A stretch of DNA of 46,955 nt. It comes from Minisyncoccota bacterium. Its GTDB lineage: Bacteria; Patescibacteriota; Minisyncoccia; Phycocordibacterales; UBA1006. Both the position numbers and the translations under genes were made by a program. This document shows, piece after piece, positions 9,899 to 18,869 of the stretch. The stretch covers positions 88,285 through 135,239 of the forward strand of contig JAJOIF010000009.1 in NCBI GenBank assembly GCA_021209525.1. Direction: 5' to 3'. The notes under the pieces are model-generated. The model worked only from the letters and a program-made list of their open reading frames with translations. It had not been told where the DNA came from and made no database searches. Every line of letters starts with the position of its first letter. Position 1 is the first letter of the stretch.

Positions 9899-10177
9899 AT
9901 GTCCGAAGAAGAAAAGAAATTTAATAATTTAGATGCTTTTCTTGAAAAGTTTAGACATATTGTTCCTCGTGAAATTTTGGTGAAGGAATCATTCACGCAA
10001 GTTTTTTATGAGGTTTTTGATATACCTCTTCACAAAGATCATATAGAAATTCGCGGAAAGGTGATTTTTTTAACTATTTCACCTCTTATGAAACAAGAAA
10101 TACTGTATAAAAAAGAAATACTTTTAGAAAAAATGCGCGATAAAACAAACGGGGTGTTTGTTGAGGATATACGGTAA
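9899..10177 (+). CDS. DUF721/DciA-like small protein
   Basis: 92 aa, starting 4 nt after dnaN. The pattern IEIRGKVIFLTISPLMKQEILYKKEILLEKM resembles the DUF721 core (one strand then ...s..w..el......il..l). Confidence 0.45.
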   Translation: MSEEEKKFNNLDAFLEKFRHIVPREILVKESFTQVFYEVFDIPLHKDHIEIRGKVIFLTISPLMKQEILYKKEILLEKMRDKTNGVFVEDIR

Positions 10178-10246
10178 ATACATGAATTTAATTATCAACA
10201 CCCCGACGCCTTGCGTCGGTCAAATAATAATGACTTGTTTGGTAAT

Positions 10247-10735
10247 ATGAATACACATAAGATTTTTAATGAAGAAAATTATTCTGATAGAGAAATTTCA
10301 GAAATGAGAAAAAGACATGCTGTAAGGTCTATTATTATAAACAAAAACAAAGAAATAGCGCTTATATATTATGGGCGCGATGCATATTATTCGCTACCTG
10401 GTGGCGGTGTGCACGGTCAAGAAGATTTCACAGAAGCATGTATTCGCGAATCAAGAGAAGAAACAGGGTGTGTTGTGCGTGTAGAAAAAGAAGTAGGCGA
10501 GACATATGAAATACGAGGAAGAAGTAATGTAATAAATATTACCAAGTGTTTTGTGTGTGGTGTGGTAGATCAAAAAGAACCCATACTTCAGCCAGACGAA
10601 GAAGAAAAAGAAATGTCTGTTATTTGGTGTACTCAAGAAAAAGCTCAAGAATTAATTTTAAAAAATTACGCGTCACAGGATTTATATGACATTTATTGTC
10701 AGCAAAGAGATTTTTTATTCTTACAAAACATATGA
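10247..10735 (+). CDS. NUDIX hydrolase
   Basis: Nudix box GGGVHGQEDFTEACIRESREETGC. I chose the ATG at 10247 because the upstream part of the ORF overlaps a hairpin (ccgacgc/gcgtcgg). Confidence 0.8.
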   Translation: MNTHKIFNEENYSDREISEMRKRHAVRSIIINKNKEIALIYYGRDAYYSLPGGGVHGQEDFTEACIRESREETGCVVRVEKEVGETYEIRGRSNVINITKCFVCGVVDQKEPILQPDEEEKEMSVIWCTQEKAQELILKNYASQDLYDIYCQQRDFLFLQNI

Positions 10736-11054
10736 AACACACCATGAGACTCAATACAGATTTTTTTGAAAAAATTCAGCAAGGACAAAAAACAATAGAG
10801 GTGCGTATTCTCGATGAAAAAAAAGAAAAAAAATCAAAAAAGGAGACGAAATACTTTTTTCTGAAAGAGATTCAAATAGAAGTTGTGTTGTATATATTAG
10901 AGATATTATATACGTTGATTCTTTTTTTGAAGTATTACAAAAAACAAAACCAGAAAAACTCGGGTTTCCCAAACACACAACACCTAAAGAATACCAAGAA
11001 TATATGTATACACTCTATACTCAACAAGAAGAAGTCTGTATGGTGTTATTATGA
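10732..11054 (+). pseudogene. ASCH-domain protein interrupted by a 1-nt frameshift in an A8 run
   Basis: Frame 1 reads MKHTMRLNTDFFEKIQQGQKTIEVRILDEKK. Frame 3 continues ...IKKGDEILFSERDSNRSCVVYIRDIIYVDSFFEVLQKTKPEKLGFPKHTTPKEYQEYMYTLYTQQEEVCMVLL*. The join lies in the A8 runs at 10817-10833. Confidence 0.6.
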
Positions 11055-11077
11055 TATGTTTTGACAAAAAATAAACC

Positions 11078-12532
11078 CTACACACCCAACCCTCTCCCTC
11101 GCGGAACATCTCCTTCATGAAGTACTGCATCAGAATGCAAAAGATGTGCGGCTTTTCGTGAATCAGTAACCTTTGAAGACGATCGAGAAATCATTTCTTT
11201 TTCGCAGGTAGACAGAACAGTGTCGCGTAATCCTTTTTCTCGCCACAACGCCTTGTCGGTACAAGTTATTGCTATATGTCTCGCTAAATAGAGCGCATCA
11301 AGAAGCGCTTGATTCGCCCCTTGCCCTTTAAAAGGGCTCATGGGATGTGCTGCATCTCCAATCAGTGTCGCATTACTATATTTCTTGAAAAAATCACCAT
11401 CACTATCGAGAACATCACGATCATATACAGGATAACCAGTAATAGTTTCGCTTTTTGTTGCACGAAGTATTTCTGGTATGGGTGTATGCCAATGAGAAAG
11501 TCTCTGCAACGCTTCATGTTTCATAGCCTCGGGTCCGTTTTTGCTGAGCAGTCGAGCATCTTTTTCTGATAGAGGAAAACTTAATTGCCACATAATTGTG
11601 TGTGCATCATAGGGCATCATATAGATACGCTCATGACCATTCACTGTTTGAAATACGGTTGCAGAATCAAGGAGATCACTCTCAATATGTTCAAGTGATG
11701 ACAGTGAACACATGCCGAGAATAACAATACACCCTATATATAAAAGAGGTGTGTCATTTTCACCAATCAATAATGTTCTCACCGAACTTCGTATACCATC
11801 AGCGCCCACCACAAGGTCAGTGGTAACTTTTTTATTTTCTTGCCCAACCATAAAATCAAGAGTAATACTCCCATCGCTGTTTTCTGTGTAATGGGTAAGG
11901 GTATGTCCCCACTGTATATTATTTTCTACGCCGAGTTGGTCTATTAAAGCAGATCGCAATGACTGCCTTGCAATATGTATATTTTTGCGTTTCGTATTTT
12001 TTTCATCATATGTTTTTTTCCACTTGCGCAAACCCCACTCACCAATAACTTTTCCAGAAATAGTATGCACCACATGTCGTGTTGAAGTAATACCACCAGC
12101 AAGAGACATAATACCCAAGCCATGAATGGCCTTACTTGCTTGTTGTAGGGTTAATCCATACCCCTGAGCACGCGCATCAAAAGAAGTATCTTTTTCATAG
12201 AGAGTATAAGGAATTCCTCTGTGGAGACAAGCAACAGCGAGCGCGCACCCTCCAATACCAGCACCAATAATTGAAACATGAGGATACTCTGGATGTATGG
12301 GTGTTATGTCGTCGGATGGTCGCAGTCCAGACCCTGTGCAATGGGGACAAATATCAATATCCGGTTTAGGTTCAAGAGGGATATCGCTCTTGTTATCAGA
12401 TACTTTGTATTCAGCAAGCGCTTGCGTATAGAGACGCATTTTTCTCTGTGAAGGGCCGCGGAGTATTTTTCCTTGCCCATGGCAGGGCGCACAAGGAGAC
12501 CAGTATGTATGTTGGTGTTCAGGTGTATGCAT
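11078..12532 (-). CDS. FAD-dependent monooxygenase with an N-terminal DnaJ-type CXXCXGXG zinc-finger pair
   Basis: GAGIGGCALA dinucleotide fold. GDAAHPMSPFKGQGANQALLDA aromatic-hydroxylase fingerprint. N-terminus carries CAPCHGQG and CPHCTGSG. Start taken at ATG 12532. Confidence 0.75.
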   Translation of the reverse strand: MHTPEHQHTYWSPCAPCHGQGKILRGPSQRKMRLYTQALAEYKVSDNKSDIPLEPKPDIDICPHCTGSGLRPSDDITPIHPEYPHVSIIGAGIGGCALAVACLHRGIPYTLYEKDTSFDARAQGYGLTLQQASKAIHGLGIMSLAGGITSTRHVVHTISGKVIGEWGLRKWKKTYDEKNTKRKNIHIARQSLRSALIDQLGVENNIQWGHTLTHYTENSDGSITLDFMVGQENKKVTTDLVVGADGIRSSVRTLLIGENDTPLLYIGCIVILGMCSLSSLEHIESDLLDSATVFQTVNGHERIYMMPYDAHTIMWQLSFPLSEKDARLLSKNGPEAMKHEALQRLSHWHTPIPEILRATKSETITGYPVYDRDVLDSDGDFFKKYSNATLIGDAAHPMSPFKGQGANQALLDALYLARHIAITCTDKALWREKGLRDTVLSTCEKEMISRSSSKVTDSRKAAHLLHSDAVLHEGDVPRGRGLGV

Positions 12533-12675
12533 AGTGTGGTGTATATAGTTGATACGTATAGTATACGCACAATAGAGTGATTTGACAAAAAACAGAATAA
12601 CTTGCATTTTATATACTTGTCTGTATACTTACTCATACATGAATTCATATAATAAAAAAAGAAATACAAGAAGAG

Positions 12676-13194
12676 GTGAATACAATAAAAAAAAACTCAT
12701 ACAGCGCACGTGGTAGAGGTGAATCTAGTCACAAAGATTTTGGAGCGCCCAAAACAATGTACAAAGCTATTTGTTCAGATTGTGGTAGTAAAACAGAAGT
12801 ACCTTTTAAACCATCTGGAGACAGACCAGTATTGTGTAATAATTGTTTTTCTCAACAAAGAGATGGCGATTATCATCAAAACCGTGATACACGAAATACT
12901 CCAAAAAACAATTACCATCATTCAGAAAAAAGAGAGTCATTTACACGAACACTCGATCCTTCGGAGGGTTTAATCAAGAAAATGCAACGAGACATTGATG
13001 CTCTGCATAGCAAGATTGATGTCATGATGACACTGATGTCATCACAAATAAAAGACGTATCAACAGAAAAAGAGTTGGGTGACATAGTTTCATCTCTCTC
13101 GGAAGTACAGGAAAAGAAAAAAACCTCACTTACAAAAGAAAAGAAATCAACAAAAAAAGAAAGAAGTAAAAAGCAAAACCACAAAAGCCGCTAA
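12676..13194 (+). CDS. CxxC-x17-CxxC domain protein with a Lys-rich tail
   Basis: CSDCGSKTEVPFKPSGDRPVLCNNC has exactly the C-x2-C-x17-C-x2-C spacing. GTG start preceded by agaagag. Alternative start at MYKAIC. Confidence 0.65.
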   Translation: MNTIKKNSYSARGRGESSHKDFGAPKTMYKAICSDCGSKTEVPFKPSGDRPVLCNNCFSQQRDGDYHQNRDTRNTPKNNYHHSEKRESFTRTLDPSEGLIKKMQRDIDALHSKIDVMMTLMSSQIKDVSTEKELGDIVSSLSEVQEKKKTSLTKEKKSTKKERSKKQNHKSR

Positions 13195-13262
13195 AAAAAC
13201 AAAATCAACCACAACTACTAAAAAAACATCAAAGAAAAAATAAGACACAAAAAACACCTTCT

Positions 13263-13305
13263 AATAAAGAAATATCCCGAGCAGAGCCTGGGGTATTTCT
13301 TTATT
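13263..13305. terminator. Long hairpin, probable terminator
   Basis: aataaagaaatatcccgag / cctggggtatttctttatt, about 18 bp including G-U pairs on the + strand. Confidence 0.5.
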
Positions 13306-13583
13306 CAAAGTATATACATGCACCGAACAGTAGAAATTGTTTTCTGTATGTGTACACAAATCTCTCCCATGGTAAAGCATGTGTTCATACTACCGAATAA
13401 GTTATTATTTCACCGACGCAGAGCGTTTGAGAATATATGCAACACCCCGGGCTTTGCCTGGGGTGTTGCCCTTACCCAATACAAGGTTCTCCTGTTGTAA
13501 GGTGTGTTCACATCGTCGAACACGTCATGATTATTTGACGGAGGCAGAGCGTCTGAGTGTTGAGAATGAGGGTGTTTTTATAG

Positions 13584-16139
13584 TTAGTTTTTATTAATAG
13601 TAATCTCTTGAGTTACCGAATTAAAGACTTCGTCTTGGATGACCACACGCAATGTATTAGTTTCTTGTGTTTGAGGAACATCAGCAAGCGAGAAAGTAAA
13701 TGATTGGAAGGGTGCCTCATTGCGTGATCCCACAAAGAAATCATTTACAAAATATTGTACACGGCGCATAGGATACGTATTTTGAATAGAGAGTTGCACG
13801 GTAATATTTTGATTTGCATTAAATGATTGTCCTGAGGTCGGCGATATAATAGAAAATGTAGGCATAGTTTCTGGGCTATGTACGGTGCTGTATTCTGTAG
13901 GTATTTCCGTAACCAAATTCAAATTTTGCCAATTTTGTTGGAGCCATGCTTGTACTGCAAATTGCCAGTGATTATATTGATTATCGCTCGCAGGGTTTTG
14001 TGGCGCTGGCCCAAGAGGATTATTTCTATCTACCCAGTGCAAAATAGAGTTTGGATTAATGAGCGCAACCTCAGCACGCGCTTCTTCTGGTGTGTATTGA
14101 GTGGCGAGTTTTCCGCTAATAGTATCAATAGTGACCGTTTCACCTCCTCGCCATTCTCCTCTCATAATTGGCTTGAGAGACCCAAGATCTATAGGCGCTG
14201 GTTCTTCAAACCTAAAATTAGATGTGCTCTTGAGTGCTTCCGTCATAATAGCCCTAAAGGTTGGTCCAGAAATTGCAGACCCGCGTCGCATAGGGGTATT
14301 GTCATTATTTCCTGTCCATACACCCACAACAACATCTGGGCTATATCCTATAAGCCATGCGTCGCGATTATTGTTTGTGGTTCCTGTTTTTCCTGCAACA
14401 TCACGACCTTCTCCAAAGAACAAGAAGTTATTAATTGTTCCAAACAAAGGCAAGCGCGCCTCATTGTCTTTGAGTACGCTATTCAAAAGAGCTGCTGCTT
14501 GAGCGTTAAGGACGCGTTCTGGGCGACCTTGGTGTTCTTCAAGAATATTTCCTTCTTTGTCTTCAATACGTAAAATACTTACTGGCGCATTATAAACACC
14601 TCCCGTTGCAAAAACACCATATGCAGAAGACATTTCAAGAAGAGAAACTTCACCACCTCCCAAAACAAGAGTAAGTCCATAGCGGTCTGGGTTACCAAGG
14701 CTGGTGATACCGAGATTTCTTGCAAAATTAACAGCTTCTCGTACACCCACAAGGTAAAGTAATTTCACCGCAGGAATATTGCGTGATTCCGCAAGTGCTG
14801 CACGAAGAGAAATAGGCCCATTATATTCATTATCATAATTTTGAGGAGCATAACAAGGTAATGTGTTATTAGTGATCGCAGAGGGGCTACAGCTTGTTGA
14901 GAATTGTGTGCGCACATCAAAGAGCACTGTTTCTGGAGTGTATCCCTTATCAAACGCCGCTGCATAAATAAAAGGCTTAAAAGAAGACCCTGGTTGACGT
15001 TCTGCAAGAGTTACATTAAAACTCCCATCAATTTCTCTATCACTATACCCTCGAGAACCAACCATAGCCAAGATATGTCCTGTATGGGGGTCTATTACAA
15101 TAGCGCCTTGATTGGTAGCACTCCACTGTTCTGTGTTTTGAATAGCATTTTCTTGTACTACTTGTTCTGCAAACTCTTGGAGGTCAGCATTGAGAGATGT
15201 GATAATACGGAGCCCATCATTTTCAATAGCGTCTCTTCCATACTTTGCTTCTACTTGAGCGCGTACATATTCAACAAAATGGAGCGCGCGCCCAAAATTA
15301 TTTGATCGAGGTAAAAAAGCAACCTCTTCATTGCGCGCTACTTCAAATTCTTCTTCGGTGATAAAACCAAGTTTACGCATATTGTTGAGTACTAAGTTTT
15401 TTCTATTCTCGAGACGATCTCGGTTGTTTCCATACGGAGAAAAGAATGTCGGCGCATTGGGAATTGCAGCAAGATACGCAGCTTCAGCAAGGGTCACCTC
15501 TGAAGCGCTCTTGCCAAAAAATGACCGGCTCGCTTCTTCGACGCCATACATAACCCCACCAAAAGGAACCACATTTAAATATTGGGTAAGGATTTCGTCT
15601 TTGGTCATTTTTCTTTCAATACGTACAGATAATACCCATTCTTTGATTTTGCGTGTGATTTTTCTATCAGAAGTCAAAAGAGTGTTTTTCATTACTTGCT
15701 GAGTGATAGTAGAACCCCCTTGACTAATACCTGTTCCTCGAACATTAACCATAATTGCCCGCGCAATTGCGCGTAGGTCAATACCGCGGTGCTGATAAAA
15801 ACGTTCGTCTTCTATTGCAATAGCTGCATTTTTGATATAAGGGCTTATTTGATCACTAGCAACAACAGTACGTCGCGCATCACGATGTACATCAAAAAGC
15901 ACTACTTCGCCCGTACTATCATAAATTTTTGTAGAGCTTGCAATGCGGCGTGCTTCAAATCCGTCAAGGTCGGGCAAAGCAAATGTTGCTGTCCAAATAA
16001 AGAATAATCCAATAATGACCAAGAAAAAACCACCCACTCCCAAAAACACCATTTTTGTATGATGGGTAAGGTAGAACCATGCGCGCGCAAGGTGTTTTTT
16101 AAGGTTATGTATGGTTTGTTTTAAAAATGATGTTTTCAT
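13584..16139 (-). CDS. Class A penicillin-binding protein (PBP1A: glycosyltransferase + transpeptidase) with a C-terminal extra domain
   Basis: GT51 motifs EDERFYQHRGID and GGSTITQQ. Transpeptidase motifs SSFKP, SRN and KTGTT. N-terminal TM helix. Confidence 0.9.
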   Translation of the reverse strand: MKTSFLKQTIHNLKKHLARAWFYLTHHTKMVFLGVGGFFLVIIGLFFIWTATFALPDLDGFEARRIASSTKIYDSTGEVVLFDVHRDARRTVVASDQISPYIKNAAIAIEDERFYQHRGIDLRAIARAIMVNVRGTGISQGGSTITQQVMKNTLLTSDRKITRKIKEWVLSVRIERKMTKDEILTQYLNVVPFGGVMYGVEEASRSFFGKSASEVTLAEAAYLAAIPNAPTFFSPYGNNRDRLENRKNLVLNNMRKLGFITEEEFEVARNEEVAFLPRSNNFGRALHFVEYVRAQVEAKYGRDAIENDGLRIITSLNADLQEFAEQVVQENAIQNTEQWSATNQGAIVIDPHTGHILAMVGSRGYSDREIDGSFNVTLAERQPGSSFKPFIYAAAFDKGYTPETVLFDVRTQFSTSCSPSAITNNTLPCYAPQNYDNEYNGPISLRAALAESRNIPAVKLLYLVGVREAVNFARNLGITSLGNPDRYGLTLVLGGGEVSLLEMSSAYGVFATGGVYNAPVSILRIEDKEGNILEEHQGRPERVLNAQAAALLNSVLKDNEARLPLFGTINNFLFFGEGRDVAGKTGTTNNNRDAWLIGYSPDVVVGVWTGNNDNTPMRRGSAISGPTFRAIMTEALKSTSNFRFEEPAPIDLGSLKPIMRGEWRGGETVTIDTISGKLATQYTPEEARAEVALINPNSILHWVDRNNPLGPAPQNPASDNQYNHWQFAVQAWLQQNWQNLNLVTEIPTEYSTVHSPETMPTFSIISPTSGQSFNANQNITVQLSIQNTYPMRRVQYFVNDFFVGSRNEAPFQSFTFSLADVPQTQETNTLRVVIQDEVFNSVTQEITINKN

Positions 16140-16242
16140 AAATATGTAATAATTAGCGTCTCTCTCTATAATACAAAAAAAATACAGAAAAGCGATACAT
16201 ATCGCTACACCTTGCGTGTTTTTTGTGATACAGTAATGTCAC

Positions 16243-17454
16243 ATGAATATCATTACTGACGAACAACTCATAGATGAATTATTGACACGCTCTGTGCAGG
16301 TAATTCTTCCTACGCGCGAAACCCTCAAGGAACAACTTATGTCAGGCAAGCGTATGCGTATCTATATAGGCACTGATGCGACAGGGTCGTCACTACACCT
16401 TGGTCACGCCACCAACTATATGGTGCTCGAGCGCTTCCGTAAACTTGGTCACGAGGTTATTTTCTTGATTGGCGACTTTACATCTCGTATTGGTGACCCG
16501 ACAGATAAAATGGCTGCGCGCGTACCTCTTACCCGAGAACAAGTTATAGAGAATACACAAACATGGCTCAACCAGGTGCGTCCTATTATTAATTTTGATG
16601 ATCCGACAAATCCTGTCACTATCAAATATAATCATGATTGGCTTTCAAAACTTTCCTTCGAAGACGTCATAGATATTTCAAGTCACTTCACTGTTCAGTA
16701 TATGCTTGAAAGAGACATGTTCCAAAAAAGAATAGCAGAACAAAAACCTATTCACCTGCACGAATTTTTTTACCCACTCATGCAAGGGTATGATTCTGTG
16801 GTGATGGATGTTGATATTGAGCTCTGTGGTAATGATCAAATGTTTAATGCACTTGCTGGTAGGCACCTTCAAAAGAGAATCAATAACAAAGAGAAATTTG
16901 TCTTTATTACCACACTTCTTGAAAATCCAAAAACAAAAGAAAAAATGATGTCAAAATCACTTGGTACCGGCGTTTTTTTAGATGCCTCACCCCAAGATAT
17001 GTTTGGTGGTATTATGGCACAGCCTGATGAAAATATGCACCAGCTCTTTGTAGATACTACATATCTTTCACTTCAAGAAATACAGACGCTCATGGAAGAT
17101 GACGATAAAAGGTCGGTAAAATTACGCCTTGCACGAGAAATCGTTACTCTATATCACGGCGCCGAAGCCGCACTTCATGCTCAAGAATACTGGGAGTCAA
17201 CATTTTCTCAAAAAAATACACCAACAGATGTTCCAGAAATTTATGTAGCATCAGGATCTCTGCTCGTAGACATACTGGTTCAAGAAAACTTTGTTCCATC
17301 AAAAGCACAAGCAAAAAGATTGATTGATGCTAGGTCTATTAAAATTCTTGATACCGATACCGAAGAAAAAATTACCGATTATGCGTATACATGTACACAA
17401 ACACACACATACAAAATAGGAAAAAAGAATTTTATTAAAATACATATTGCATAA
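16243..17454 (+). CDS. tyrS: Tyrosine--tRNA ligase
   Basis: HIGH motif as HLGH, KMSKS as KMMSKS, and a C-terminal S4-like domain. Confidence 0.9.
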   Translation: MNIITDEQLIDELLTRSVQVILPTRETLKEQLMSGKRMRIYIGTDATGSSLHLGHATNYMVLERFRKLGHEVIFLIGDFTSRIGDPTDKMAARVPLTREQVIENTQTWLNQVRPIINFDDPTNPVTIKYNHDWLSKLSFEDVIDISSHFTVQYMLERDMFQKRIAEQKPIHLHEFFYPLMQGYDSVVMDVDIELCGNDQMFNALAGRHLQKRINNKEKFVFITTLLENPKTKEKMMSKSLGTGVFLDASPQDMFGGIMAQPDENMHQLFVDTTYLSLQEIQTLMEDDDKRSVKLRLAREIVTLYHGAEAALHAQEYWESTFSQKNTPTDVPEIYVASGSLLVDILVQENFVPSKAQAKRLIDARSIKILDTDTEEKITDYAYTCTQTHTYKIGKKNFIKIHIA

Positions 17455-17457
17455 TAA

Positions 17458-17490
17458 AGAAAAACACCCTTCGAGAGAAGGGTGTTTTCG
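17458..17490. terminator. Bidirectional intrinsic terminator
   Basis: Stem acaccctt/aagggtgt flanked by A- and T-runs, between convergent genes. Confidence 0.75.
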
Positions 17491-17494
17491 TGTG

Positions 17495-17686
17495 TTATTC
17501 TTCGTCTGAGTAGGGAATATCAAGGTCATCATCATCTCCCCACATATCATCATCATCATCATCGTCAAATTCGTCATCACTGTCTTCGTCATCATCTCCC
17601 CACATGTCATCATCAAGATCCCATGTGTCTTCTTCCATCAAGTCTTCGTCAAGGTCATTATCAAAAATTTGAAAATCGTTATACAT
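17495..17686 (-). CDS. Extremely acidic small protein (Asp/Glu/Trp-rich)
   Basis: MYNDFQIFDNDLDEDLMEEDTWDLDDDMWGDDDEDSDDEFDDDDDDDMWGDDDDLDIPYSDEE. ATG start, and the stop abuts the bidirectional terminator. Last gene on the ruvB-yebC-ruvC strand. Confidence 0.5.
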   Translation of the reverse strand: MYNDFQIFDNDLDEDLMEEDTWDLDDDMWGDDDEDSDDEFDDDDDDDMWGDDDDLDIPYSDEE

Positions 17687-17773
17687 AATTTGTACGCACA
17701 CGTTATGTTTATTAATAATAAAATCGTGTCACCGTATATAGTAATATCAAAATATAAAATTGCAAGCAAAACC

Positions 17774-18295
17774 CTATGTATTTTTTTGTGGATAAGTAGA
17801 TACTGTTTTCTTGTACGCAAAACAGGTAATACCCACCGCGAGAGCGTCTATTTCATCGTCTATTTTCTTGTCTAGGGACACCGCGATAAGTTTGGGAATC
17901 ATAAAAGCAATATCAGATTTATGTGCTGAACCATTTCCGGTAACAGCGAGCTTGATCTCTTTTGGGGTGAATTCATGAATCTCAAGCCCTGCATGTTTGG
18001 CAAGATAAATGAGTGCGCCACGCACCTCAGCAACACGCATAGCGGTTTTTTGATTGTTCTGCATAAAGAGATTTTCAATAGCAAGAATAGAGGGTTTGTG
18101 ATCCGCAATCAATGCGCTAAAACGAGACCCTATCTCATGGAGTCTCTCTGTAAAAGGTTTTTTAGAAGAAGTAGTGAAACATTCTGAATGAAGCACGATT
18201 TCTTTGCCAGCAGAACCTTTCTCCATAACTGCAATGCCAATACGTTCATATCCAGGGTCTACGGCAATAATTGTAATAGGGGTAGTGTGATACAT
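17774..18295 (-). CDS. ruvC: Holliday junction resolvase RuvC
   Basis: IIAVDPGYERIGIAV, ENLFMQNNQKTAMRVAEVRG and DEIDALAVG. Confidence 0.9.
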   Translation of the reverse strand: MYHTTPITIIAVDPGYERIGIAVMEKGSAGKEIVLHSECFTTSSKKPFTERLHEIGSRFSALIADHKPSILAIENLFMQNNQKTAMRVAEVRGALIYLAKHAGLEIHEFTPKEIKLAVTGNGSAHKSDIAFMIPKLIAVSLDKKIDDEIDALAVGITCFAYKKTVSTYPQKNT

Positions 18296-18298
18296 AGA

Positions 18299-18829
18299 TT
18301 AAGAAGCATTAGTGTATATGTCTTGAACATCGTCATGATCTTCAAGCGCATCAATAAGACTTTCAAGTTTTTCAAGATGTACATCATCAAGATCAAGGGT
18401 CATATGGGGCTCCCATACGCCTGTCTCTTTGTTTTTGGTAAAATTCCATACAACAGACCCTTGTGCTGCGAGTTCGGTGTTTTGTTTAGAGAGGATGTGC
18501 TTTATTTCCGCATTAGTTCTATTATTATTGTCGGTGAGTCCTTCAATAATAATACCAACACCACCTGGTCCATATGTTTCAAAGGTGACAGGAAACATAT
18601 CAGTCCCCTCAGATGCTTTTTTGATAGCACGCTCAATATTTTCAAGGGGCATATTTTCCTTCTTTGCTTTTTCAATAGCAGCCTTAAGGTTTGCTGAGGC
18701 GGTATCGCCGCCACATTTCTTGGCTTCTACTTGTATGAGGCGAACCAATTTGCTAAAGATTTTTGATTTACGAGCATCAGTAACTGCTTTTTTGTGTTTA
18801 ATTTTTGACCATTTATTATGTCCTGCCAT
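18299..18829 (-). CDS. YebC/PmpR-family regulator (compact, 176 aa)
   Basis: MAGHNKWSKIKHKKAVTDARKSKIFSKL... and a C-terminal DDVQDIYTN. It is shorter than the usual ~240 aa. Confidence 0.85.
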   Translation of the reverse strand: MAGHNKWSKIKHKKAVTDARKSKIFSKLVRLIQVEAKKCGGDTASANLKAAIEKAKKENMPLENIERAIKKASEGTDMFPVTFETYGPGGVGIIIEGLTDNNNRTNAEIKHILSKQNTELAAQGSVVWNFTKNKETGVWEPHMTLDLDDVHLEKLESLIDALEDHDDVQDIYTNAS

Positions 18830-18869
18830 ACGAGGTAGTATACGGAATTAAAAAACAATAAACAAATAA

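Noticed and set aside
10696-11064. 122-aa ORF as given in the track
   Set aside because: Its second half (KYFFLKEIQIEVVLYILEILYTLILFLKYYKK...) is a frameshifted reading. The alternative frame gives a coherent ASCH-like sequence, so I annotate it as a frameshifted gene instead.
12304-12669. 121-aa minus-strand ORF, and the longer 509-aa start for the monooxygenase
   Set aside because: The upstream extension (MQVILFFVKSLYCAYTIRINYIHHT) covers the divergent promoter region. The ATG at 12532 begins directly with the zinc-finger segment.
13878-14573. 231-aa ORF, and similar long ORFs (3291-3806, 18188-18697, 28707-29252, 29042-29557, 46409-46900), antisense to or overlapping confident genes
   Set aside because: They lie entirely within well-supported genes on the opposite strand or another frame, and their composition is low-complexity and not protein-like.
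17482-17688. His-rich + strand ORF (and 17299-17616 on the minus strand) overlapping the acidic ORF
   Set aside because: These are mirror or alternative frames of a GAT/GAC-rich repeat. The + strand ORF would start inside the tyrS terminator with no promoter. The minus-strand acidic frame has an ATG and ends at the terminator. This is still not certain.
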